Part shown: one piece after another, positions 35,063 to 43,249 of the stretch
Layout: every line of letters starts with the position of its first letter
How positions within the stretch are numbered: the stretch's first letter is position 1
Source of the DNA: Bacteroidetes bacterium GWA2_40_15
GTDB taxonomy: Bacteria; Bacteroidota; Bacteroidia; Bacteroidales; VadinHA17
Assembly: GCA_001768195.1 (NCBI GenBank)
Contig: MENI01000073.1
Span: forward strand, 7,620-71,619
Direction of reading: 5' to 3'
Length of the DNA stretch: 64,000 bases
Notes under the pieces: model-generated
Told to the model about the DNA's origin: nothing
The model's input: only the letters and a program-made list of their open reading frames with translations
Database searches by the model: none
Program-made: the position numbers and the translations under genes

Positions 35063-35100
35063 AAAAAACCAGCTGAAAAGTGAATAACCGCTTCAGCCGG
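35063..35100 (-). terminator. Candidate intrinsic terminator
   Basis: Minus strand reads CCGGCTGAAG-loop-CTTTTCAGCTGG followed by TTTTTTAT. It lies only ~10-30 nt upstream of the surE start, so readthrough or a dual role would be needed. Confidence 0.4.
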
Positions 35101-35267
35101 TTTGTGTTTAATTATAACTCAAAATATCTCCTTCGTGTACCTGTCCTTGTTGCCTTAATAACCCTCGTTCATATATCAGCACTATTGTATGTCTGGATCT
35201 TTCTTACCGAACATGTTCTTGGTATATTTCCTGGCTAATATACAGGAAGTCGAATATGGATCATCTT

Positions 35268-35651
35268 TTACAAATTACTTTGAAGATGGCTGAAGTTGCC
35301 TTGAATACCATGCAACTGATAAGGCCAGCACACTGGCAATAAAGTTGCACCCGGGCAAATAAACATTGAAATAGCTACTCTATACATAATAGGATCTGTA
35401 TGATCTAAATAGGCTGAGGCATCATCTAATACCATGAGGCTCAATAATACCAGCAACACTACCGTGCCAATAAGCAGTCCTTTATTAATACGACCACCTC
35501 GTTGTTTAACAAGAGTTGTCCGTACCAGTGCTGCAACAATAACCAGGTGGATAATAATAACAAACAAAATACCAGGTACTGCAATTTCCGGTTCTGCCTG
35601 GGGGGATGTGTCTATTATAACAGACGGAATTACCAGAAAAGCCAGAATCAC
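35268..35651 (-). pseudogene. Truncated/frameshifted paralog of the 37795..38238 membrane protein
   Basis: About nine in ten nucleotides match 37795..38190 by eye. No ATG (a stop lies just upstream; only GTG at 35651). A 1-nt deletion (CCGGGCAAATAAAC vs CCGGTGCAGATAAAC) changes the C-terminal 30 codons. Confidence 0.55.
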
Positions 35652-35660
35652 GGTGACAAC
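35268..35660 (-). repeat. Direct repeat, copy 1 (~0.4 kb)
   Basis: Collinear with 37795-38190, from GAAGATGGCT.AAGT.GCCTTGAATACCA through GACGGAATTACCAGAAAAGC.AGAATCA.GGTGACAACTAT. Confidence 0.85.
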
Positions 35661-35910
35661 TATTACGAGTCCGGTTTTCCATTAGATTGCCAAAAGCAAA
35701 ATTCTGCAGCACATTAATTGTGACTGATTTTCGACCAGATAGAAATATTTTCCTGGCAATTGTCAGCGCAATGCAAGTATATATCACTAGATCAAAGCGA
35801 TCCTCGGCTTTAGCATATTCTCATTTTTTAGAACGCATCTATCAATACTATTGGAATTAATAAATATTTCATTATATTTCGTCTCTTAACCCTCAGTTAA
35901 ACTATAACTA

Positions 35911-37443
35911 ATGCTTTCTAACATGTTACTTCATCAGCAGTTCGTTCGAATGGCAAAGAAACATGCCAAAAAGTTTGCAATTATTGACAAAACCACTGGT
36001 AAAAATGTTACTTATTCCAGGGCTTTGATCGGTACTCTAATCCTTTGTTCTAAATTTAAAAAGTATGATAAGGGCTTCATTGGTATTATGATCCCAACAT
36101 CGGCAGGTTGTGCACTTGCTACTGTTGGCGCATTAATGAGCGGCAGAAAACCTGTAATGATAAACTATTCAACAGGTGCTGAGGACAACGCAAAGTATGC
36201 TCAGAAAAAATGCAAATTTAAAACTATTATAACATCCAGAGCTTTACTTGAAAAAATTAATTGCCCGGCTATTGAAGGTATGGTCCTGATTGAAGATATC
36301 ATGGAAGGTATCACTACCGTTGATAAACTGAAGGCTGCCCTGAAAACGAAGCTTCCTGTTAATATGATCCTTAACACTATTCATAAAGGAGATGAACATG
36401 ACACTGCTGCAATTTTATTTACCAGCGGAAGTGAAAAAGACCCTAAGGCTGTCCAGCTTACCCACAGGAATATTGCTTCGAACATTGAAAATTTTGGTGC
36501 TTATGTGAAAATATCTGAATCTGATATTATATTGGCAAACCTTGTTTTCTTTCATGTTTTTGGATTAACAGTAAATCTTTGGGTGGCATTTTATTGCGGG
36601 ATGACAATGGTAACATATGCTAATCCGCTTGATTTCCAGACTATCAGCACTATAGCACGTGAAGAAAAGCCTACTATTATGGTTGGTACCCCAAGTTTCT
36701 TCTGGGGATATCTCAATAAGTCTGATCCCGGTGATTTTAAAACCCTCAGGCTAATGGTAGCCGGGGCAGATAAATGTCCGGATGCGCTAAGGGAAGGATA
36801 CATGAACAAGCATGGGGTAACTCTGCTTGAGGGGTATGGAGCTACTGAGACATCTCCTGTCATATCAGTAAACTCACTTGAGTTTAACAGGCCTGGAAGC
36901 ACAGGAAAAGTTATTCCTGGCGTTCAGGTCAGCATTGAGAGTTTTGAGACTGGGGAAACGTGTAAAACCAGGGAAGTAGGAAAGATTCTGGTAAAAGGAG
37001 ACTCTGTAATGAAAGGCTATTATGATGATCCTGAGCTTACTGCTGATGCCCTGGTTGATGGTTGGTATAATACAGGTGATATGGGGTATTTCGATGAAGA
37101 TGGCTATCTGTGGCATGCAGGCCGGTTTAAGAGGTTTGTTAAGATAGGGGGGGAAATGGTCTCTCTGGTTAAGGTAGAGAATACTCTGGAGAAATTTCTT
37201 CCTGTTGGAGTATCATGTTGTGTTGTTGAAGTGTCAGATGAAAAAAAGGGGGCAGCAATAATAGCAACAGTTACTATAGAAGTAAATAAGACTGAGATAC
37301 TTAAGAAGATGGGTGGTGAGTTGCCAAATATTGCACTTCCAAAACAGTTTGTTGTTATTAAGGAGTTACCCATGATGGGCACAGGAAAGATTGATTTCAG
37401 GAGTGTTACAAGGATTGTGCAGGAGATATTAAATAATTCCTGA
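35911..37443 (+). CDS. AMP-binding enzyme (acyl-CoA / acyl-ACP synthetase-like)
   Basis: AILFTSGSEKDPKAV (AMP-binding core), EGYGATETS, YNTGDMG and GKIDFR motifs. Resembles the acyl-ACP synthetase half of Aas. Confidence 0.8.
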   Translation: MLSNMLLHQQFVRMAKKHAKKFAIIDKTTGKNVTYSRALIGTLILCSKFKKYDKGFIGIMIPTSAGCALATVGALMSGRKPVMINYSTGAEDNAKYAQKKCKFKTIITSRALLEKINCPAIEGMVLIEDIMEGITTVDKLKAALKTKLPVNMILNTIHKGDEHDTAAILFTSGSEKDPKAVQLTHRNIASNIENFGAYVKISESDIILANLVFFHVFGLTVNLWVAFYCGMTMVTYANPLDFQTISTIAREEKPTIMVGTPSFFWGYLNKSDPGDFKTLRLMVAGADKCPDALREGYMNKHGVTLLEGYGATETSPVISVNSLEFNRPGSTGKVIPGVQVSIESFETGETCKTREVGKILVKGDSVMKGYYDDPELTADALVDGWYNTGDMGYFDEDGYLWHAGRFKRFVKIGGEMVSLVKVENTLEKFLPVGVSCCVVEVSDEKKGAAIIATVTIEVNKTEILKKMGGELPNIALPKQFVVIKELPMMGTGKIDFRSVTRIVQEILNNS

Positions 37444-37794
37444 TCTTATTCGATAGCACCAAGGAAACCTGCCATACCCTGAGCCGCTTGTTACCGGAAG
37501 ATTTAATCTTCTTAATTATATAATTGTCGATGGTAGCCTCACCAGGGAATAATTCTGACTGTGAGGTAGCATTGAAAGGAATACAATTCTTAATAAATGA
37601 AAGGCCACCGGTTGCAGTGGAGCCATTCACCTGTGTAAAAGGATTTATGATATTTACCTGCGAAGGCTGAATCCAGCATGATATACCTTCAGAGAGGCTG
37701 TATTCAAGCATAAGTTCAAGAGTATTAATTCCAGTCACATGATAAATTGTACTTTATTATTGAGAGTGTTTTTGATTGAATCATCAGATATAAC

Positions 37795-38190
37795 TTATTT
37801 AGAAGATGGCTTAAGTCGCCTTGAATACCATACAGCTGATAAGGCCAGCACACTGGCAATAAAGTTGCACCCGGTGCAGATAAACATTGAAATAGCAACT
37901 CTATGCATAATAGGATCTGTATGATTTAAAAAAGCTGAGGCACCATCTGATACCATGAGACTCAATAATACCAGCAACACTCCCAGGCCAATAAGCAGTC
38001 CTTTATTAATACGACCACCCCGTTGATTAACAAGAATTGTCCGTACCAGTGCTGCAATAATAACCAGGTGGATAATAATAACGAATAAAATACCAGGTAC
38101 TGCCCTTTCAGGATCAGCCTGGGGGGATGTGTCTATTATAACAGACGGAATTACCAGAAAAGCAAGAATCAGGGTGACAACTATAACGAG
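37795..38190 (-). repeat. Direct repeat, copy 2 (~0.4 kb)
   Basis: See 35268-35660. This is the intact coding copy. Confidence 0.85.
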
Positions 38191-38238
38191 TCCTGTCCCC
38201 ACATACAGAATGCGGCGCAAAATAGTATCATTTTTCAT
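37795..38238 (-). CDS. Hypothetical four-helix membrane protein
   Basis: 147 aa with four hydrophobic segments. Intact copy of the duplicated gene. Confidence 0.7.
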   Translation of the reverse strand: MKNDTILRRILYVGTGLVIVVTLILAFLVIPSVIIDTSPQADPERAVPGILFVIIIHLVIIAALVRTILVNQRGGRINKGLLIGLGVLLVLLSLMVSDGASAFLNHTDPIMHRVAISMFICTGCNFIASVLALSAVWYSRRLKPSSK

Positions 38239-38279
38239 AGCAATGCCTCCTTTTTAAAAAATGATTTCTTAATACATGT

Positions 38280-38777
38280 TTAAAATGAATAACCAAAAGA
38301 TAATCCGAACCATAAAGAATTACCGAAAGTATCTCCTTTTTCAGTATTATAAATATACATAGGTGTCGCTCTGATGACCAGGCCTTTCTGTCCCTGGCGT
38401 CGGTACCCCCCAGTTAGAACAATAAGCCGGTCAGGATCGCCTGTAAAATGAGTATATCCTATACTAGTTTCAAAAAAGTGTATATGGTCACCATATAGAA
38501 TACCTGCTGTTCCCAGAAAATTGAAACTCAATTTGTTTGTATCATAACCATGATATTCATTTCCCCCAATTCTTATAAGCACTGCTAGCTCATTTTTTAA
38601 AGGTACAATTCGATCATAATTTAAGGACCATACTGCAGCGTTTCCTAAAATCTCAAAATAGATAGAATTTTTTTTTAAGCTTTCCATGCCTGATTCTTTG
38701 AGATTAGCAATCTGAGCATTTAGTGAAGCACAGATTAAAATGTGACTCATTAAAAAGATTGAAATTACTTTCATCAT
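38280..38777 (-). CDS. Small outer-membrane beta-barrel-like protein
   Basis: Signal peptide. Alternating beta pattern. C-terminal ...GLSFGYSF with terminal Phe. Confidence 0.6.
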   Translation of the reverse strand: MMKVISIFLMSHILICASLNAQIANLKESGMESLKKNSIYFEILGNAAVWSLNYDRIVPLKNELAVLIRIGGNEYHGYDTNKLSFNFLGTAGILYGDHIHFFETSIGYTHFTGDPDRLIVLTGGYRRQGQKGLVIRATPMYIYNTEKGDTFGNSLWFGLSFGYSF

Positions 38778-39382
38778 CGATTATCAGGACTCATCCTTTC
38801 AATTTTAAGATCATCAATCCAAAAACTTCCTGGCTGAAGTATGTTCATCTCAAACCTTATATTATTCATGCCAGGTGGAATTATATAAGTATATTCAAAT
38901 ATCTGCCAGCTGGTTATTGTTTCATTTGATTTGACAATCGTATCGTACCGGCCTTTAGTTGCACTGACCCCCCCTATTCTGGCAATAAACTCGCTTAATT
39001 CATTTTTGACCCAGAAACTGACATGGTATGATTCTTCCGGCTCCGCCTTGTACTGCATGCAAAATCCGGGAGAATGCCACCCACCATCGGGAGAGCATTC
39101 TCTGACCAATAACTTCAGTGATTGTTTCCCATCCTTATATTCTGTTGTATCAATAATTAAATCATAATCCCCGGTTGGGATTGTTTTTGGAGTATACAAG
39201 ATCCAGTTAACCGGCAATCCGGATTTTGTAATTTCAAAGCTGCCATTTTTTCCTGCATTTTCATCAGTTATATATTCACTCATTCCTGAAGAACAACCAC
39301 TTGCGCAAATAACAAATAATACTATGGCAATCATTCTTAACAATGAGTCAAGTCTTCTTATCATGTAATCTGCCGTTTTCAT
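38774..39382 (-). CDS. Lipoprotein with CBM4/9-like beta-sandwich
   Basis: Lipobox-like FVICASGCSSG. NGSFEITKSGLPVNW and WIDDLKIE resemble carbohydrate-binding-module sandwiches. 4-nt overlap with the downstream gene. Confidence 0.6.
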   Translation of the reverse strand: MKTADYMIRRLDSLLRMIAIVLFVICASGCSSGMSEYITDENAGKNGSFEITKSGLPVNWILYTPKTIPTGDYDLIIDTTEYKDGKQSLKLLVRECSPDGGWHSPGFCMQYKAEPEESYHVSFWVKNELSEFIARIGGVSATKGRYDTIVKSNETITSWQIFEYTYIIPPGMNNIRFEMNILQPGSFWIDDLKIERMSPDNR

Positions 39383-39481
39383 ACTTTCAAAATTTATTTG
39401 TTCACCTGTTAAATTGAAATAAGCTCATAAAGCGAATCCAAGACTTAAATAAATACAATTGAAAAAATTTTCATCCTGATT

Positions 39482-40189
39482 CTATCCGGATTTAAACCAG
39501 AGATAATTTTTTATATAAAATAACCCCTGGAGAAATAATGGAACTCCAAACATGATCCATGGACCCGAATCGCGAAATTCAAAATAACCAACAGACCCGG
39601 CAAGCATAATAATGTACCATAGCACAAATATTAAACCAGCCAGTAGTTCATGTTTCCATGAAAATGCAAAACCAATAATAAATACCAGAAATAATATTGG
39701 GAACAGAATAAAAGGCAGGCTGAAATAATCATATGGCTTATCGGAAAATTGTTCCGAAATCACCACAATTATATATAATACAGAATAGTTTAACAGAAGA
39801 ACCCGAAGTATATATTTCCAGTGAAATGGAACCGATAGCTGAGGATTTACAGAGGATTTGTACCATTCTAAACAAGATAAAGCACCAATGACCATTACGG
39901 GAACGGCCATGATACTGATCATACCCCTGTCCCGGCCCCCTTCAAGACAAAGATCATGGATCCAAACACCTGCGTTCCAGCCCATAAAGATAATACCAGC
40001 CATTTTCTCATTTACCCATAGCAAACAAAAGGCAGATAAGAATATAACAGAGAGTAACAGGAATAAAATATCATTCAGATTTTTCAGGGATAACTCCCCT
40101 TTATATAATATGATACCTATACCTGTGAAATATAATATAGCATAAACAATAATTAAAATCCTCAGAATTTTAGTTGATTTTGATTTCAT
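39482..40189 (-). CDS. Polytopic membrane protein with an internally duplicated W-x-x-E module
   Basis: Two half-units: LLWVNEKMAGIIF... and FSWKHELLAGLIF..., each followed by about three helices. Confidence 0.7.
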   Translation of the reverse strand: MKSKSTKILRILIIVYAILYFTGIGIILYKGELSLKNLNDILFLLLSVIFLSAFCLLWVNEKMAGIIFMGWNAGVWIHDLCLEGGRDRGMISIMAVPVMVIGALSCLEWYKSSVNPQLSVPFHWKYILRVLLLNYSVLYIIVVISEQFSDKPYDYFSLPFILFPILFLVFIIGFAFSWKHELLAGLIFVLWYIIMLAGSVGYFEFRDSGPWIMFGVPLFLQGLFYIKNYLWFKSG

Positions 40190-40203
40190 TTAATTTAATG
40201 CCT

Positions 40204-40842
40204 TTAGTTAATATCTCCGAGATATGCCTCCCATATTTTTATATGGTTGTCTCCAAAATACTGATATCGTTTAACCAGATAAATATCAACAGTTATAATA
40301 TCAGGTAAGATTTCTGATGTACCCTTACTGCTCAGGGCCTGACATTCAAGCTTACAAGAGAGATTACCTATGAAAGTGGAATCATTCTCAGCTGCAAATG
40401 GGGCAGTTACAATTATCTGTACAGGTTTAAACCAGACTGGCATACCTTCTGAAAGAATATGGTCCAATAATCTATCCAAAGTATAAAGAGCTGATTCCGG
40501 ATAATTATTGCTCAAGCCTGATAATTTGATCTTATCAGAAATAAACAGATTCCTGACCATCACTGCTGAATGCTGTCTGAATTCAGGATCGAGATTAGTA
40601 TCTGAGATAATTTTAAGATAGTCGGCAAAATCGTTTAACATATCCGAAGCAGTAATCTCATAAGCCCTGAGGAATTGTTCAGATAAAGAGTCGGACGTAA
40701 AAACCTCCTTAAGATCGTTCTTCAGATTTGAGATATAATTCTCTTCCTTCCGGGCATTACTCTCTTCATCTTCTGTGCAGGTTCTTGCTGAACAGGCCAG
40801 ATAGATTATAATCAGGATCAATTTATAATTCAGGCCTTTCAT
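40204..40842 (-). CDS. Hypothetical lipoprotein
   Basis: MKGLNYKLILIIIYLACSARTC lipobox. 4-nt overlap with the upstream gene. Confidence 0.65.
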   Translation of the reverse strand: MKGLNYKLILIIIYLACSARTCTEDEESNARKEENYISNLKNDLKEVFTSDSLSEQFLRAYEITASDMLNDFADYLKIISDTNLDPEFRQHSAVMVRNLFISDKIKLSGLSNNYPESALYTLDRLLDHILSEGMPVWFKPVQIIVTAPFAAENDSTFIGNLSCKLECQALSSKGTSEILPDIITVDIYLVKRYQYFGDNHIKIWEAYLGDIN

Positions 40843-41774
40843 TCCTTATTCCGTTTTATTCTGAAACGCAGGACAGATATTTTCCCATCAAGATAGCGGC
40901 AATCGAGAATCTCGATTTTCCTCAGACCTGATGAAGGCATTGTAATCTTGTCGATAAACTCCCATTTATTGTAGAGAGCAATTCCGCTACCGGCACTTTT
41001 ATCAGGCAGCATGTAAATTATCGCATCGTCACTGATTATCATGGTTAGTTTCTGCCTTCTGTTCTCCCATCCTATTACATCCGACTGTGAAAAGTAACTT
41101 ATCATAAGCGCATAATAATCTGCATTCAGATTAACCTGCTCATCATGGCCAATTTTTCTCAGCACTCTTTTTATAGTATCCGTTTTGTAATAAGGTGCCT
41201 TAACAATCATAGTTACACTGCTTTTGCTTGTTCTTACAGTTATGCTTCCGCCACTGGAAGCTGGTATACTCAAAGGAGATTCATTTTCATTGAGTAATTC
41301 CACCCTTAGATTGCTGTCGGTAACAGGCTCCCTTGTATCAGAATCAATGAAAGTGAACCGGTAGTTCTGAGTATTGATTATTTTTATAATAATAAATATC
41401 AGAATTATAACAGATAAGAATAAAAGTGGGATTCTTATCAGATTATTTATAAACCGGCCTGGCTTATCTGCCACAGCGGGCTTCCCCGCATTTTTGTATC
41501 TGAAGTCATGCCAGTTTTTGTAACCCGTATATTTACTGAGTATATTAAGTACATCAACCCTTGGTAAAGAATGACTATCAGTTTTCATGTGATTATAAAA
41601 CCACTTCTCGCTGAGTTGTCCATTAACCTTTTCAAGTAAATCTTCCTGAAAGTCAGTTATTTCCTGACCTTTCCAGTTTGATATTTCAGGATCAAGACCC
41701 GGGTATGATCGCATCATTGTGTCTGCTATTTCCTTTTTGAGAAGGCTGAAGAGTATTTTATCTTCCTGATGCAA
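40839..41774 (-). CDS. Bitopic protein: cytoplasmic N-domain, one TM helix, extracytoplasmic domain
   Basis: N-domain ...ISNWKGQEITDFQEDLLEKVNGQLSEKWFYNHMK...LPRVDVLNILSKYTGYKNWHDF. TM helix IPLLFLSVIILIFIIIKII. I cannot name the family. Confidence 0.65.
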   Translation of the reverse strand: MHQEDKILFSLLKKEIADTMMRSYPGLDPEISNWKGQEITDFQEDLLEKVNGQLSEKWFYNHMKTDSHSLPRVDVLNILSKYTGYKNWHDFRYKNAGKPAVADKPGRFINNLIRIPLLFLSVIILIFIIIKIINTQNYRFTFIDSDTREPVTDSNLRVELLNENESPLSIPASSGGSITVRTSKSSVTMIVKAPYYKTDTIKRVLRKIGHDEQVNLNADYYALMISYFSQSDVIGWENRRQKLTMIISDDAIIYMLPDKSAGSGIALYNKWEFIDKITMPSSGLRKIEILDCRYLDGKISVLRFRIKRNKE

Positions 41775-41938
41775 AATTGGATAAGGATTAAATGGGAGGT
41801 ATGCAAAATCCTTGTAAAATACGATACAACTAATTTACAAAAGAATTACCACATTAACACGGAGAAATGGCTTAATTTCACTACAAGTGACTAGAAATCC
41901 AATATTTAGATTTAAAATACAATTAATTCCCTAATAAA

Positions 41939-42295
41939 ATGATATTAAAAATTATGCTTTGGCTTTCCCGGATTCTTGCAATCCTTGCGATTCTCTTCAT
42001 CATGATGTTCTCTCTTGATGTATTCGGTGGAGGAGATCCACTGACAAAGCAAATGCTGGCATTTCTTATACATAACATTCCGGCATTTGCCCTGATTATT
42101 GCACTGGTCGTTTCATGGAGATATGAGATAGCCGGGGGTGCAATTTTTATATTATTATTTATAGCTCTTGGCATCTTCTGGGGATCCTTCAAAGGCAACA
42201 GTGGTTCCCTGATCTTAATAGCTCCATTTTTGCTGGTTGGAATGCTGTTAATACTTCACCGTATCTTAATTGCAGGGAGAGGAAATAGTCAATGA
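41939..42295 (+). CDS. Small membrane protein with W-x-x-E module
   Basis: 118 aa with VSWRYEIAGGAIFILLFIALGIF. Paralogous to the half-units of 39482..40189. Confidence 0.6.
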   Translation: MILKIMLWLSRILAILAILFIMMFSLDVFGGGDPLTKQMLAFLIHNIPAFALIIALVVSWRYEIAGGAIFILLFIALGIFWGSFKGNSGSLILIAPFLLVGMLLILHRILIAGRGNSQ

Positions 42296-42359
42296 TTTTA
42301 AACTGAAATTGTTTGCCGGTTTTTTTTGATTCCCGAATATTTACCTCTTGCCTTGTTTA

Positions 42360-42557
42360 TCAACTTTGAGGTCTGATCTTAAAATGGTAAACTATAAAGA
42401 GGATTCCATGTACAAGAATGGTAAGGCCGATTAATATATAAGGCCCTCTGTCCAATAACTGAGGATAGCGGAGCTGGCCGTAGAGTGTTAAACCGTACCA
42501 GAGAAGAAAGAAAATGGCCGCATAAAATTCATAATTCCAGGCCAGTAAAAATCCCAT
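42360..42557 (-). CDS. Small membrane protein, single W-x-x-E half-unit
   Basis: 65 aa. LAWNYEFYAAIFFLLWYGLTLYGQLRYPQLLDRGPYILIG aligns by eye with the C-terminal half of 39482..40189. Confidence 0.5.
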   Translation of the reverse strand: MGFLLAWNYEFYAAIFFLLWYGLTLYGQLRYPQLLDRGPYILIGLTILVHGILFIVYHFKIRPQS

Positions 42558-42597
42558 GAAATATCACGAGCAGGTAATCTAAATAATGCTATCATCT

Positions 42598-42957
42598 TCA
42601 CTCAGGGGCTCCGGCAAATGCGTATTTGTAATTTCCAAGATAAATGCACCCGTCACCAACCATCTTCAACTGTTCCTGTTGAGCTTCGTAGGCTTTAGTA
42701 TTCTCAAACCATGAAATAATTGTCTGATCATTTGAATTAAAAACCATATCGTAAGGAATATAGCCTTTACACATCTCCTGCAGGTTCCACCCTGCGATCC
42801 ATTTATCATTTCCAATCCTTGTTGATTTAGGTTTGCCCAGAACAGATTCCACCTCAGTATATGTCATTCCGGGTCTGAGTTTACCTGTAAATTCAACTGA
42901 GTTCAGAGACATTGTTTTCATGCTCCCGTAACTGGTTATAACAAGAATAATATACAA
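42598..42957 (-). CDS. SmpA/OmlA (BamE)-like domain protein
   Basis: LRPGMTYTEVESVLGKP is the hallmark turn of SmpA/OmlA domains. Start may be Met at 42921. Confidence 0.5.
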   Translation of the reverse strand: MYIILVITSYGSMKTMSLNSVEFTGKLRPGMTYTEVESVLGKPKSTRIGNDKWIAGWNLQEMCKGYIPYDMVFNSNDQTIISWFENTKAYEAQQEQLKMVGDGCIYLGNYKYAFAGAPE

Positions 42958-43208
42958 AATTACACTATTGATGTATATAAGTCAAAACTTCATCAATCTG
43001 CTATTTAATTTACAGATTTTTTAGAATAATATGACTTCCACCTGGCTGCAACCTCCTAAGGTCATGGGAATGAAGTATGTTCAACTCACCGGAGATACTG
43101 TATCAATTAAAACGGTTGGACTTATATAAATAGTAGTGAATAACTAAAGCTTTTTTTGTTTCAATCCTTTTATTCGATGACATAAAGGAGTCATATTTTA
43201 AAATTCCT

Positions 43209-43216
43209 TACTTTTG
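43209..43216 (+). promoter_or_regulatory. Candidate -7 box of pheT
   Basis: TACTTTTG matches TAnnTTTG 34 nt before ATG 43250. No clear -33 TTTG. Confidence 0.3.
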
Positions 43217-43249
43217 CATTTTTAATTGCAAATTTTAATCATCCCTGAA

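Noticed and set aside
35434-35787. Several overlapping ORFs on both strands across the truncated paralog: 35434-35685, 35502-35717, 35506-35787.
   Set aside because: All lie within the degenerate copy of the duplicated gene. The homologous region at 37795-38238 supports only the minus-strand membrane-protein frame.
37406-37738. 110-codon minus-strand ORF between the AMP-binding gene and the duplicated membrane-protein gene.
   Set aside because: It overlaps the 3' end of 35911-37443 by 38 nt, has no recognisable motif or signal, and has no convincing start context. It may be a remnant of a larger gene, but I cannot support it as a feature.
35055-43249. The surE to pheT interval as a prophage, ICE or classical genomic island.
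   Set aside because: No integrase, recombinase, tRNA attachment site, conjugation or phage genes are present. Only the compositional impression and the hypothetical envelope genes remain, and these are reported as a finding instead.
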